A stretch of 52,348 nt of DNA from Desulfosporosinus sp. UBA5188 (GCA_002413075.1 DHWG01000069.1:2119-54466); one strand, 5' to 3'; counted from the first letter of the stretch, positions 37,755 to 48,665 are shown. Made by a program: numbers and translations. Notes: a model not told the origin generated them from the sequence alone.

Positions 37755-38683
37755 TTATTGCCGATCCACTTTTATCAACTGGGGATTAATCACTTGTAAT
37801 ACACTTAATGCGGGTGATAAGACCGCTAAAATACCACCAAGGACCACAAAAACGCCCCCTACACCTTGTAAAAGGGTTAGTTGTTCATCAAGTAAAATAA
37901 CGGCGATAAGAACGGTCAGCACGGGCTCCAGCGTGCTAATGATTGATGCGGAAATCGCTCCTATTTGTTTCATACCATGAAAAAATGTTAACATTGCTAC
38001 AATAGTGGAGAAAAAGGCGATACCCCCGATTCCTAACCATGTGTTCCAAGCGAGGTTCCAAGTGGCCCCACTCACGGTTAGCCCTATAACTCCGTAAGTC
38101 AGAGCAGCCGACGTAGAAATCACCGTAATAGTCACTAACGGTGTTGTTGTCTGTAATACATGATTCCCTATGATAACGTAAGTTGCATAAAACAACGCAG
38201 ATCCTAGCGCAAGGGCAACCCCAAAAAGGTTAATGTCCTTCATCGCAACGCCCAACACCAAAGCCAAGCCAAATGTTGAGAGCATCAATCCAAAAAGTTT
38301 AAATCTGGATAATCTTTCTTGCTTTGTCAAAATGGCAATAACCGTAACAATCATCGGATAAGCAATAGTAAAGCAGCCAATGAAGCAGGAATATAACGCA
38401 CCGAGGATAAGTAAAATCCCGCCATTAAAGAATAGCATACTCCCCCCATGCCCCATAAAATGAGCCATGTTTTAAGTGGGAGTCTAGGAAATCCTTCTCG
38501 CCAAATAGTGATGAACCAGAAAAAAAGTGCTGCGATCGTAAATCGAACAAATAATACCGTAGAAAGACCCGCACCTCCAGCAAATACCTACTTTCCCAAT
38601 ATAGGGTATAAACTGAATCCAAATGTGGAAATAAGGATTAATAGAACGCCAAATCCAATCGGATTATTTTTCCCATTATTCAA
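37755..38683 (-). pseudogene. EamA/DMT transporter pseudogene
   Basis: Start TTG 38683 (MNNGKNNPIGFGVLLILISTFGFS..), in-frame TAG at 38588-38590, frameshift near 38364 joining ..ASLAALLL to AYPMIV; C-half has ASIISTLEPV. Confidence 0.85.
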
Positions 38684-38804
38684 GCACAGTCTCCCATTTC
38701 TATAGTTATATTTTGCATCTTTAGACAAAGGACAGCCAATTTTTATCAGTCCATCTCAAACGTTCAGCCTTAATATATAATACCACAAGATTCGGTCAGT
38801 TTAA

Positions 38805-38841
38805 CTAAAAGGGATTAAGCATTATGCTTAATCCCTTTTAG
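38805..38841. terminator. Intrinsic terminator after ABC importer operon
   Basis: CTAAAAGGGATTAAGCA-tta-TGCTTAATCCCTTTTAG perfect inverted repeat. Confidence 0.88.
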
Positions 38842-38844
38842 TAT

Positions 38845-39849
38845 CTATCTAACGTTCTTTAGCGAAATTTCTGCAAATTTCTTTGTTACCACTTTTTCAT
38901 AAGGTGCGATCTTATCTAACTCCCCGGCATCCTTAATGATTTGTTGAAGAAGATAGAAATCTTTTTCACTAAGCACAGGGTCTGTTTTCCAACTGTTCTG
39001 TTCTTGATAATGTTTAACTGAGCTCACCAGGACCTCATCATTTTCTCCCGGGAATTGAGGCTTAATAGCCTTAGCAATTTCCTCTGGAGTATGATTTGCT
39101 ACCCAACGTTGGCCTTTATAGATTGCATTGGTAAACTTCTGAAGAAGCTGTGGATTGCTATCAATGGTACTTTTCTTGGTAAAATATGCCGTATATGGAA
39201 CTTCACCGCTTTCCTTGCCTAGAGAAGCTACGATATAGGCTTTGCCCTCCTTGACCATACTCGAGGCCGTCGGCTCAAAAATAATGGCGTAGTCACCTTG
39301 CCCGCCTATAAAAGCACCAGGCATCGCTGCAAATTGCATAGAGGTATCGATGAAGACATCTTTCCCTGTCGTAAGACCATTTTTACTCAATACATACTGG
39401 AGGACAATTGCAGGCATTCCACCTTTACGTCCACCAATAACTGTTTTTCCTTTGAGATCACTCCATTTGAAATTAGGATTGGCTTTTCGACCCATGAGGA
39501 ACGTACCATCACCATTTGTGAGTTGAGCAAATACCACACTATGATCCTCTTTGCCTTGGTTATAGACATAGACACTAGCCTCAGGTCCGGCGAAACCGAT
39601 ATCAGCTTGCCCTGACAACACAGCGGTCATGACCTTATCTGCGCCTGCACCATTGGTCAGTTCGATATCAAGACCTTCTTCCTTAAAGAACCCTTGAGTG
39701 ATTGCAACATACTGCGGAGCATAGAAAATGGAGTGAGTCACCTCAGATAGTTTAACTTTTGTGAGACTAGTTTGTTTACTACAACCTGATAGCACCAAAG
39801 ACAGCCCTAATATTAACACGATAAGTATCAGCACAAACTTTTTTTTCAT
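38845..39849 (-). CDS. ABC importer substrate-binding lipoprotein, NMT1/SsuA/THI5 (YtlA-like)
   Basis: Lipobox LSGC, SEVTHSIFYAPQYVA, GRKGGMP, FEPTAS. Confidence 0.85.
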   Translation of the reverse strand: MKKKFVLILIVLILGLSLVLSGCSKQTSLTKVKLSEVTHSIFYAPQYVAITQGFFKEEGLDIELTNGAGADKVMTAVLSGQADIGFAGPEASVYVYNQGKEDHSVVFAQLTNGDGTFLMGRKANPNFKWSDLKGKTVIGGRKGGMPAIVLQYVLSKNGLTTGKDVFIDTSMQFAAMPGAFIGGQGDYAIIFEPTASSMVKEGKAYIVASLGKESGEVPYTAYFTKKSTIDSNPQLLQKFTNAIYKGQRWVANHTPEEIAKAIKPQFPGENDEVLVSSVKHYQEQNSWKTDPVLSEKDFYLLQQIIKDAGELDKIAPYEKVVTKKFAEISLKNVR

Positions 39850-39909
39850 AATAGTTATCCTCCTCTTAATTTGGTTTCTCTATAATTTGATGGGGTTATG
39901 ATTTCGTCG

Positions 39910-40752
39910 TTAAACTTTATTCTTTAATAATAGTTTTTCAAGTAAAACCACCCCCTGATACATAACCGTCGCTGCAATACCCAAAATAATGACACTGGTC
40001 ATCACTAGGTCCAATTTAAAAACTTGGCCGCCGTAAACGATGAGATAACCCAAACCGGCTTTGGAAACTAAAAACTCTCCGACGATGACTCCGACCCAAG
40101 ATAACCCAACGTTAATTTTTAGGGCATTAATAAATGTTGGAGCCGACGCTGGAAGTATCACTTTCGTCAGAACCTGAAACTTTGTGCCGCCGAAGGTCTG
40201 GACGAGCTTGATCTTATCTTCATCGATCGCTAGAAACCCATTTAAGACCTCCAGAGTCGTGACAATGAGTGAAATAGCCAAGGTCATGACAATGATGACC
40301 GCCGGACCTGCCCCAATCCAGACGATAAACACCGGACCAAGCGCAATCTTTGGCAAACTGTTAAGGACGACTAAGTAAGGTTCTAAAACTTTATATAGAA
40401 ATTTTGACCACCATAAGATAATTGCAATCATCGTTCCTAAGAGTGTCCCCAGGACAAAGGCGACGATTGCTTCAAGACAGGTTATACCGATGTGGTGAAG
40501 CAATACCCCCTCCTCATACAACCGAATCATTGTTTTTATGATCCGGGTTGGCTGGCTGGTGATAAATGGATCTACGAGCTTGGCATTAGCGCATAGCTCC
40601 CAAAGTCCTAAAGCAACGACCACAATCATGAATTGAATGATACGAATATATATTTTTTCCATCCTAACACGCCGTAAGTATCCAATATGTTCTAGAGATT
40701 GGTCGGATGCTTTAGTTCCGTGAGGCCTATTCTCTTGTCCTTGTTTAGACAT
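39910..40752 (-). CDS. ABC importer permease, SsuC/TauC (YtlD-like)
   Basis: LNSLPKIALGP, SWVGVIVGEF, GLGYLI; start moved to ATG 40752. Confidence 0.88.
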   Translation of the reverse strand: MSKQGQENRPHGTKASDQSLEHIGYLRRVRMEKIYIRIIQFMIVVVALGLWELCANAKLVDPFITSQPTRIIKTMIRLYEEGVLLHHIGITCLEAIVAFVLGTLLGTMIAIILWWSKFLYKVLEPYLVVLNSLPKIALGPVFIVWIGAGPAVIIVMTLAISLIVTTLEVLNGFLAIDEDKIKLVQTFGGTKFQVLTKVILPASAPTFINALKINVGLSWVGVIVGEFLVSKAGLGYLIVYGGQVFKLDLVMTSVIILGIAATVMYQGVVLLEKLLLKNKV

Positions 40753-41515
40753 GAACATCCAGCCCCTTCCAAAGCTCTTGAAAATATACCTGGAACTCGG
40801 GTGTCTCTCGCGAGGATAAGGGTGTCCTGTTCTCACAACTTAATTGTATTTTATAAATATTCTTAATGGTTCCAGGTCGCTTTGACAAGAGAATAACCCG
40901 GTCTGACATACTGATACTCTCTGCAATATCATGAGTTACCAATAGAGCAGTTTTGTGTTCCTGTTTAATGATGGTATAGATATCATCATTGACCACGAGT
41001 CTGGTTTGATAATCTAAGGCAGAAAAGGCTTCATCAAGCAGAAGAATCTCAGGGTCGGTCATAAGGGTGCGTATAAGAGCGACTCTTTGCCTCATCCCGC
41101 CCGATAGCTGGTTAGGATATTTATCTTTGAATTCGAAAAGGCCATACGTTCTAAGTAGTTTTAAGGCCCGATCTTTCGCCTCAGGCGTTACAAGCTTCCT
41201 GATCTCGAGACCTAGCATGACATTTTGGTAAATAGTTCTCCAGTCAAACAGATGATCTTTTTGCAACATATATCCAATTTTTCGTGAAGTACCCGTAACC
41301 TTTTCCCCAGAAAGTAAGACAGTTCCAGCAGTAGCAGGAAATAGTCCTGATATAATTGATAATAGGGTGGATTTACCGCACCCGCTCGGGCCCACAATGC
41401 TGACAAACTCTCCATTTCGGATTGAAAAATTTATGTTTTCTAGAGCCGTTATTTCCCCATTGAGGGATTGGTATTTCATGCCTACATTCTGTACCTCAAC
41501 AATCACTTCATTCAA
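40745..41515 (-). CDS. ABC importer ATPase, SsuB/TauB (YtlC-like)
   Basis: GPSGCGKST, LSGGMRQR, DEAFSALD, VTHD; start moved to TTG 41515 behind GGGGAG. Confidence 0.9.
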   Translation of the reverse strand: MNEVIVEVQNVGMKYQSLNGEITALENINFSIRNGEFVSIVGPSGCGKSTLLSIISGLFPATAGTVLLSGEKVTGTSRKIGYMLQKDHLFDWRTIYQNVMLGLEIRKLVTPEAKDRALKLLRTYGLFEFKDKYPNQLSGGMRQRVALIRTLMTDPEILLLDEAFSALDYQTRLVVNDDIYTIIKQEHKTALLVTHDIAESISMSDRVILLSKRPGTIKNIYKIQLSCENRTPLSSRETPEFQVYFQELWKGLDVHV

Positions 41516-41623
41516 TGGCGCTCCCCCCAAAAGCATCTTAGCTGTTATAGTGTATTGAAAGATGCCTCAATCCGTGAGCGATTCTTCCCAGATGTATCAA
41601 TCAAAATGTTAATGTAAAAATAA

Positions 41624-41674
41624 TAAGTCATTAATAGCCCCCCGAAAACAGTTCGAGGGGCTATTAATGACTTA
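41624..41674. terminator. Long inverted repeat after dinB, probable terminator
   Basis: TAAGTCATTAATAGCCCC..GGGGCTATTAATGACTTA. Confidence 0.75.
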
Positions 41675-41697
41675 GAGTAATTTTGTTTGGAGATATT

Positions 41698-42864
41698 TCA
41701 CAATAGTTTAGCCCTAGTAATACTCATTTCTCCATATTTCTCTTTCACTAAATCCATGACCTTAGTGAGGTTTTCACGATCTTGTGTCAGTTCAGCAAAC
41801 AAAGAAAGTTGACTTTCTTCTTTATCTGTCAAGTTACTCAGTGTCACACCCATTAATCTAACAGGTTGCCTTAATTCTACCTCCCGTAACAATTGACAAA
41901 CTTCTCTGTAAATTACATCATCAAGATTACTAGCCTGTGTTAAAGTATGAGATCGAGAGATTGTCTTAAAATCACTAAACCGGACTTTCAAGCTGATTGT
42001 TTTCCCCTTAAGTGACTCTTTACGTGCACTTCGTCCCACATCCACAGATAGTTTCAGTAATACGGTCTCTAGAAGATCGCGATCAGCAATATCGTTGGCG
42101 AACGTCGTCTCGCGACCGATAGATTGAACGACTCTATCACTGGTCACTGGCCGCTCATCAGTCCCCCGAGCCAATAAATATAGCTGACTTCCTATAACCC
42201 CAAGCAGCTTAGTTAAGTAACCCTGCTCTAAGTTCCGCAAGTCCCTCACCGTTCTAATATTTAGGGTGTGCAATTGCTCTGCCGTCTTTTTCCCAACTCC
42301 CCAAATTCTTTCCACTGACAGCGGGTCCAGAAACTCCTGTATTCTGTCCGGCTGAACAACGACGAATCCATCAGGTTTACGGAGGTCCGAGGCAATCTTC
42401 GCCAGGAACTTATTACAGGCCAAACCAACAGAAGCCGTTAAGTTAAGTTCCAGTTGGATCCGGCGTTTAATGAGTTGAGCAATTTTCTCAGCAGGCCCAA
42501 ATAAGCTTAGAGACCCTGTAACGTCTAAAAAAGCCTCATCCAAAGAAAGTGGCTCTACCATAGGCGTATAAGTTAAAAATATCTGCTGGATTTGTTGCGA
42601 CACTGCCCGATACTTAGGAATGTTTACGGGTAATAAAACTGCGTGAGGACAGCGACGATAAACCTCCGCCATGGGCATTGCAGAGTGAATTCCAAATTTG
42701 CGCGCTTCATAAGAGGCAGCCGAAACAACACTCCGGCTGTTAAGACTGCCCCCTACCACTACGGGTATACCCTGCAGGGACGGGTCGTCCCGCTGCTCTA
42801 CAGAAGCGAAAAAGGCATCCATATCTACATGCAGTATTTTACGCAAATTCGTCCAAGCGTCCAT
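41698..42864 (-). CDS. dinB: DNA polymerase IV (Y family)
   Basis: HVDMDAFFASVE, SYEARKFG, SLDEAFLD, AKIASD..KP, clamp motif QLSLF. Confidence 0.95.
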   Translation of the reverse strand: MDAWTNLRKILHVDMDAFFASVEQRDDPSLQGIPVVVGGSLNSRSVVSAASYEARKFGIHSAMPMAEVYRRCPHAVLLPVNIPKYRAVSQQIQQIFLTYTPMVEPLSLDEAFLDVTGSLSLFGPAEKIAQLIKRRIQLELNLTASVGLACNKFLAKIASDLRKPDGFVVVQPDRIQEFLDPLSVERIWGVGKKTAEQLHTLNIRTVRDLRNLEQGYLTKLLGVIGSQLYLLARGTDERPVTSDRVVQSIGRETTFANDIADRDLLETVLLKLSVDVGRSARKESLKGKTISLKVRFSDFKTISRSHTLTQASNLDDVIYREVCQLLREVELRQPVRLMGVTLSNLTDKEESQLSLFAELTQDRENLTKVMDLVKEKYGEMSITRAKLL

Positions 42865-42875
42865 TATTCCCTCAA

Positions 42876-43199
42876 TTACTTAGTATCAATTTTAATCCCT
42901 TCTTGTGAAGGGCAAGCCGTATTCGTTAAGTCAATCTCCGCAGATAATTGACTCCAGGAAGCCTCTTCAAGCTTGGTATTCTCGAGGAGAAGTACAAGGT
43001 CTGATCTTCCGTAATAAGCTGGAGCCCCTTCTTTGTTTTTCGTAACAAGTACGACTGGGACTCCATTAAAGGTAGGTATCAAGGCTTTGATCACCATATT
43101 GGCATCCGTTGCATTGTGCAAGACAGCCGGCTGGACGGAAACAACGGCAATCTTTTTACCTTGTTCAGTAATAATAGCACTCTCAAATTGACTCTTCAC
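42876..43199 (-). CDS. Hypothetical protein
   Basis: 107-aa ORF with AGGAGA RBS, 11 bp upstream of dinB. Confidence 0.7.
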   Translation of the reverse strand: MKSQFESAIITEQGKKIAVVSVQPAVLHNATDANMVIKALIPTFNGVPVVLVTKNKEGAPAYYGRSDLVLLLENTKLEEASWSQLSAEIDLTNTACPSQEGIKIDTK

Positions 43200-43260
43200 A
43201 AAATCATCTCCTATTTGTTAATCAAACATCTCTTTTTTAAAATTCGACAAACACCGACGG

Positions 43261-46200
43261 TTATCCTCTGAAGTAATTCACCCCACCCGTGAAAATAGGT
43301 TGATACTGATTTCCAGGAACATTAATAGCGACGCTCTTTCCAGTTCTTTCAGAATGAGCCATTTTTCCTAGAATACGTCCATCCGGGCTAGTAATTCCTT
43401 CGATGGCCTCGTAAGAACCATTGGGATTATAGAGAATATCATTGCTTGAGTTACCGTCTAGATCGACATATTGGGTAGCAATTTGTCCCTTATTCATCAA
43501 CGTCTGGATCACTTCGTGAGAAGCAACAAAACGTCCCTCTCCATGTGAGATTGGTACGGTATGAACTTCTCCTAATTCAACCCCGCTAAACCAAGGTGAT
43601 AAGGAGGAAACTAGTTTAGTTTGGACCATGCAGGAAACGTGACGCCCTATGGTGTTATACGTGAGGGTCGGAGAATCTTCGGTTGTATCCATTATTTCAC
43701 CATACGGAACTAAACCTAATTTTATTAGTGCTTGAAATCCATTGCAAATTCCGAGCATTAATCCATCGCGCTGGTTTATGAGATTTAATACCGCTTCTTT
43801 TATCCTAGGATTTCTGAACATAGTTGCTATAAATTTTCCTGAACCGTCCGGTTCATCCCCAGCACTGAAACCACCTGGTAACATAACGATTTGGGACTGC
43901 TCGATCCTTTGAACGATCTTTTTAATAGACTGTTCGACATCAGCAGCATTTAAGTTTCTGATCACTAAGGTTTCAACGACGCCACCCGCTTTCTCAAAAG
44001 CCCTAGCCGAATCATATTCACAGTTAGTACCAGGAAATACTGGAATAAAGATTCTGGGCTTAGCTACTTTGACGGACGGCTTTTTAGTATTGCGTAAATC
44101 ATAACGATACACTGCCGGCTCAGAAAATTTTTCCGTCTGAGTAGGAAAAATCTTCTCAAGTGGCTTTTCCCAGGCTTCTAACGCACTATTCAGTTCAATA
44201 TCAACGCCATTAACCGTGATCACGGGTCTTTCCTGAGTATGTCCAAGCAGTTGATACTCAACCTCACTGAAAACGTCTTTTAGATTCGCAGCTTCATCGA
44301 TTTCCAAGACGATAGAACCATAGTCAGCTGTGAACAAACGTCGAATATCTGACTGATTGTTCAGAGCTAACCCTATTCGGTTACCAAACGCCATTTTACT
44401 GAGAGCCGCAGCTAGTCCGCCCATCCTAACAGTGTGTGTTGCTAAGACTTTTCGGGAATCAATCAACTCATTAATCTTTATATAATTATTCATGAGACGC
44501 TCAAAGTTAGGGACTTCATAATCATCCCGCTCGGCCGATACCAAGACGACCTGACTACCGATCCGTTTAAACTCTTGCGAGATAACCTGATCAGCATGGG
44601 TAACATTGACAGCAAAGGCCACTAACGTTGGAGGAACCTTCAAATCCATGAAGGTACCCGACATGCTGTCTTTGCCCCCGATGGCTGGGATTCCTAGTAT
44701 TTTCTGAGCATAGAAAGCCCCGAGTAAAGCGCTGAAAGGTTTCCCCCACTTTTCTGGATCGGTCCCCAAACTTTCAAAATATTCTTGCAGGGTAAGCCGT
44801 ACTTTGCCATAATCCCCACCCAAGGCGACAATCTTGGTGACAGCATCTACGACAGCATATAAGGCACCGTGAAACGGACTCCATAATGCCAACTGAGGAT
44901 TATAGCCATAAGTCATTACGGTCGCAGTATTTGTATCACCCGACAACACCGGAATTTTTGCCACCATACCTTCAGCCGGGGTCGTTTGATATTTACCACC
45001 CAAAGGCATCAATACGGAGGACATTCCGATACTACCGTCAAACCTCTCTACTAAGCCCTTCTGGCTACAGACGTTTAGATCTGCCAAATTGGCCAACCAA
45101 GCCTTCTTAATCAGGGAAGCCTCTTCAGTCCCCAAGGCTAAAATCTGCTCGATAGTTTCTGACAACCTCTTGAAGTAGTTACTCTGGGTATTAGGCGAAG
45201 TTACAAGAACGTTCGTTTTTTGTTGAACGCCATTGGTATTGAGAAACTCCCTGCTAACATCAACAATAGCTTGCCCACGCCAAATCATTTTAAGCCGAGG
45301 TCTAGAAGTAACCCTGGCTACTAAAGTAGCTTCCAAGTTCTCCTGCTGAGCATACCTGACGAACGTCTGCAAGTCTTCGGCTGAAATCACCACGGCCATA
45401 CGTTCCTGAGATTCAGAAATCGCCAGTTCGGTTCCGTCCAGACCATCGTACTTTTTAGGAACAGCGTCCATGTTGATTTCTAAGCCATCCGTTAATTCAC
45501 CGATGGCTACGGCAACGCCACCTGCCCCGAAATCATTACACCGCTTAATGAGTATACTAACGTTCGGGTTGCGAAAAAGCCTTTGGATTTTGCGTTCTGT
45601 CGGAGGATTTCCTTTTTGCACTTCCGCTCCGCAAGTTAGTAACGACTCACGAGTGTGTCCTTTAGAAGAGCCTGTAGCACCGCCACACCCATCGCGGCCT
45701 GTTCTTCCGCCGACCAAAACGACAACATCACCCGGTTCGGGGACTTTACGCACCACGTTTTTACGAGGAGCAGCCGCAATCACCGCCCCGATTTCCATCC
45801 GTTTGGCCACAAACCCTTCATCATATATTTCCGTCACTTGTCCAGTGGCAATTCCAATTTGATTCCCGTAGGAACTGTAGCCCGCCGCGGCACCTCTACT
45901 TATCTTTCTCTGAGGTAACTTACCTGATAACGTCTCTTGTAGTTTTGCCCTTGGGTCCCCACTCCCTGTTACACGCATAGCTTGGTAGACGTAAGTGCGT
46001 CCTGACAATGGATCACGTATAGCGCCACCCAAACAAGTGGCAGCCCCTCCAAAAGGTTCAATTTCTGTCGGATGATTATGGGTTTCATTCTTAAACATGA
46101 CCAGCCACTCTTCATATTGACCGTCGATATCGACCTCCACGACAATACTACAGGCATTGATCTCATCCGATTCATCGAGATCTGTTAAGACCCCTCTTTT

Positions 46201-47070
46201 CTTCAGTTCTTTCATCCCTAAAACACCGATATCCATCAGACAGACATTTCTATTAGAAGGATTCTTGCCATAGACATAATTTCTAGAAGCTAGGTATTCC
46301 TGGTAAGCCGAGGTAATGGGTCGCGTAAAATGTCCTTCCGTAAAAGACACCTTTTCAATATGAGTATTAAAAGTCGTATGGCGGCAATGATCCGACCAGT
46401 AAGTATCGATCACTCTGATCTCAGTAATCGTCGGATTCCGTTGCTCCGTATCCCTGAAATACCCCTGGCAGAACGCTAAATCCTCGTAACTCATCGCTAA
46501 ACCAGTCTCTTGAAAGAACTCTTTCAACTCGACTGGAGATTTCAGTATAAAACGATCAATAATCTCTACATTAGGTGGGATGAATAGCTCCAATTCCAGA
46601 CTTTCTGGCTTTTCAAGGGAAGCCTCCCGAGCTTCAACTGGGTTAATGCAATAAGCTTTCACTTTCCGAAAATCCACAGTAGAAAGTTGGCCCTTAAGAA
46701 CGATCACTTTAGCTGTCGCAATATTCGGTCGATCTTTCTGGGTTAAAATCTGGACACATTGGGCCGCCGAATCCGCCCGTTGATCATATTGACCAGGCAG
46801 ATATTCCATTGCAAAAACTAGATCATTCGGTGAAAGTTTCAGTTCGTCTTCAAAAACCCGATCCAGTGGAGGCTCTACAAAAATAATTGGGAGAGACTCA
46901 GCAAATTCTTCATTGGTTATACCAGAGATATCATAACGGTTTATGACTCTTAATCCTTCTAATCCTTGAATACCCATGTTCTCCAATAAATCGTTATAGA
47001 GCCCCTTAGCTTCAATGTCATAACCCGGCCTTTTTTCGACGTAAATTCGTTTGATTGCTTGTACTCCCAT
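43261..47070 (-). CDS. purL: Phosphoribosylformylglycinamidine synthase, large fused clostridial type
   Basis: YWSDHCRH, KNETHNHPTEIEPFGGAAT, DFGAGG, GGKDSMS, glutaminase FPGTNCE, LGICNGFQ, SHGEG, HSER. Confidence 0.96.
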   Translation of the reverse strand: MGVQAIKRIYVEKRPGYDIEAKGLYNDLLENMGIQGLEGLRVINRYDISGITNEEFAESLPIIFVEPPLDRVFEDELKLSPNDLVFAMEYLPGQYDQRADSAAQCVQILTQKDRPNIATAKVIVLKGQLSTVDFRKVKAYCINPVEAREASLEKPESLELELFIPPNVEIIDRFILKSPVELKEFFQETGLAMSYEDLAFCQGYFRDTEQRNPTITEIRVIDTYWSDHCRHTTFNTHIEKVSFTEGHFTRPITSAYQEYLASRNYVYGKNPSNRNVCLMDIGVLGMKELKKRGVLTDLDESDEINACSIVVEVDIDGQYEEWLVMFKNETHNHPTEIEPFGGAATCLGGAIRDPLSGRTYVYQAMRVTGSGDPRAKLQETLSGKLPQRKISRGAAAGYSSYGNQIGIATGQVTEIYDEGFVAKRMEIGAVIAAAPRKNVVRKVPEPGDVVVLVGGRTGRDGCGGATGSSKGHTRESLLTCGAEVQKGNPPTERKIQRLFRNPNVSILIKRCNDFGAGGVAVAIGELTDGLEINMDAVPKKYDGLDGTELAISESQERMAVVISAEDLQTFVRYAQQENLEATLVARVTSRPRLKMIWRGQAIVDVSREFLNTNGVQQKTNVLVTSPNTQSNYFKRLSETIEQILALGTEEASLIKKAWLANLADLNVCSQKGLVERFDGSIGMSSVLMPLGGKYQTTPAEGMVAKIPVLSGDTNTATVMTYGYNPQLALWSPFHGALYAVVDAVTKIVALGGDYGKVRLTLQEYFESLGTDPEKWGKPFSALLGAFYAQKILGIPAIGGKDSMSGTFMDLKVPPTLVAFAVNVTHADQVISQEFKRIGSQVVLVSAERDDYEVPNFERLMNNYIKINELIDSRKVLATHTVRMGGLAAALSKMAFGNRIGLALNNQSDIRRLFTADYGSIVLEIDEAANLKDVFSEVEYQLLGHTQERPVITVNGVDIELNSALEAWEKPLEKIFPTQTEKFSEPAVYRYDLRNTKKPSVKVAKPRIFIPVFPGTNCEYDSARAFEKAGGVVETLVIRNLNAADVEQSIKKIVQRIEQSQIVMLPGGFSAGDEPDGSGKFIATMFRNPRIKEAVLNLINQRDGLMLGICNGFQALIKLGLVPYGEIMDTTEDSPTLTYNTIGRHVSCMVQTKLVSSLSPWFSGVELGEVHTVPISHGEGRFVASHEVIQTLMNKGQIATQYVDLDGNSSNDILYNPNGSYEAIEGITSPDGRILGKMAHSERTGKSVAINVPGNQYQPIFTGGVNYFRG

Positions 47071-47110
47071 ACCATCCTCCATCAGTTGTTTTTAGATAAT
47101 TAGCATTGGA

Positions 47111-47800
47111 CTAGCATTTCAAGGTGTCTGCCCAATTAGCCAAGTCGCCACGGAAGTTCTTAGTCAAAGTAACAATCTTGCAATACGGCTGATCCTTGAA
47201 GTGTTCCATGTACGGGACAAAACCGCTTCTCGAGACAGGAATATCAATTTGCCCTGAATGGCCGATGCAAATGACCTTACATGAATCATGGATGCGAGTA
47301 AATATCTTGCGCAATTCCATGAGCGTGAAATTCTGACATTCATCAATGATGATGGTCATGTCTTTTAGATTCGTACCTCTAAGGAATAAAGGGCTCTTAG
47401 GGTAACACCAAATTTTATCCATCACTCGTTTAAGAGTGACTTTTTTACGAAGTGCTTCATTTTCCAAGACTTCCTCATTATAGACACATTGAGTTGGGTT
47501 TTCATTAATCTCCAAGAGAGCATCGATGAGCGGTTGATGATAGATGCTTTCCTTCTCAGATTGTGTACCAGGTCTAAAACCCATTGAGGATTCTTGCACT
47601 GGATTAAATATATAGGTTAGCGGCTTCTTGAAAATCTTAGCGCAAGCCACGGCCAGAGTCGTTTTCCCAGTTCCTGCTTTCGCGTTCACCATGACTAATT
47701 GATAATCAAATATTGCGTTCACATATTCCTGCTGTTCAATCGTTAATTTTGGTGCAAATCCAAACAACAAATTATTCTCAGGTAGTGGCAAAATACTCAC
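47111..47800 (-). CDS. PhoH family ATPase, single-domain and divergent
   Basis: AKAGTGKT, MGFRPG..EK, FLRGTNL, IIDECQN, IGHSGQID. Confidence 0.85.
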   Translation of the reverse strand: MSILPLPENNLLFGFAPKLTIEQQEYVNAIFDYQLVMVNAKAGTGKTTLAVACAKIFKKPLTYIFNPVQESSMGFRPGTQSEKESIYHQPLIDALLEINENPTQCVYNEEVLENEALRKKVTLKRVMDKIWCYPKSPLFLRGTNLKDMTIIIDECQNFTLMELRKIFTRIHDSCKVICIGHSGQIDIPVSRSGFVPYMEHFKDQPYCKIVTLTKNFRGDLANWADTLKC

Positions 47801-47875
47801 CTATCCTTGTAGCGTTTGATGAATCACTAAATTATATCTTATTACATTCTAAGTGAGGATTCAAATGGAGAAAAC

Positions 47876-47906
47876 AAAAAGCTAGAGCGTTCATAGACGA
47901 CCTAGC
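47876..47906 (-). terminator. Weak terminator after dedA
   Basis: GCTAG..CTAGC imperfect stem followed by TTTTT. Confidence 0.4.
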
Positions 47907-47921
47907 AGATTATGTGCATGT

Positions 47922-48557
47922 TTATTTAATTTTACTCCGAATATACGGAACAACCGTGGGAAGTAAAGAAACAAAAACAATCCCAAATATTACATAAGTA
48001 AAATTATCTTTCACCGCTGGAATATTACCAAAGCTATACCCTGTAAACATTAATAACAGGACCCAGGCCGTTCCACCGATTATGTTAAATGAACAAAACT
48101 TCATAAAATTCATCTTACCCACCCCAGCAACAAAAGGCGCGAAAGTCCGTATGATCGGCATAAATCTGGATAGGATGATTGCCTTGCCGCCATGCTTATC
48201 ATAAAAGGCTTGCGTTTTATAGAGGTATTCTTTCTTAATGATGCGGGAATTTCTCATGGCAAGGATCCTATCTCCAAGCATTCTACCAATAAAGTAATTT
48301 AAGGTATTCCCTGTAACCGCTGCGATAATCAGAAGTATCAGAGATAATTTGAAATTCATGGCACCCGAAGCGCCTAAAGCCCCAATAACAAAAAGCAATG
48401 AGTCTCCTGGAAGGAAGGGTGTCACCACAAATCCCGTTTCACTGAAAATAATGATGAAGAGGACTAAATAGGTCCAAGCACCATAGTCCCGAATCATTTC
48501 AACCAAGTGTATATCGATATGCAAGATAAAATCCACTAAACCGTTGATTAATTCCAT
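47922..48557 (-). CDS. dedA: DedA family membrane protein
   Basis: FSETG..PFLPGDSLLF, SRFMPIIRTFAPFVAG; start moved to ATG 48557. Confidence 0.92.
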   Translation of the reverse strand: MELINGLVDFILHIDIHLVEMIRDYGAWTYLVLFIIIFSETGFVVTPFLPGDSLLFVIGALGASGAMNFKLSLILLIIAAVTGNTLNYFIGRMLGDRILAMRNSRIIKKEYLYKTQAFYDKHGGKAIILSRFMPIIRTFAPFVAGVGKMNFMKFCSFNIIGGTAWVLLLMFTGYSFGNIPAVKDNFTYVIFGIVFVSLLPTVVPYIRSKIK

Positions 48558-48665
48558 ATAAGCTCCTTTCACATGATAAAGTGATCAATTTTAGGTCTCT
48601 GAACGTTTTCATTTCTTGATTTTACTCTAATTTTAAGTTTTTATCTAGTGGCATCTGAAACAATT

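Noticed and set aside
38588-38590. In-frame TAG as a pyrrolysine codon
   Set aside because: A downstream frameshift breaks the gene anyway, and EamA is not a known Pyl protein family
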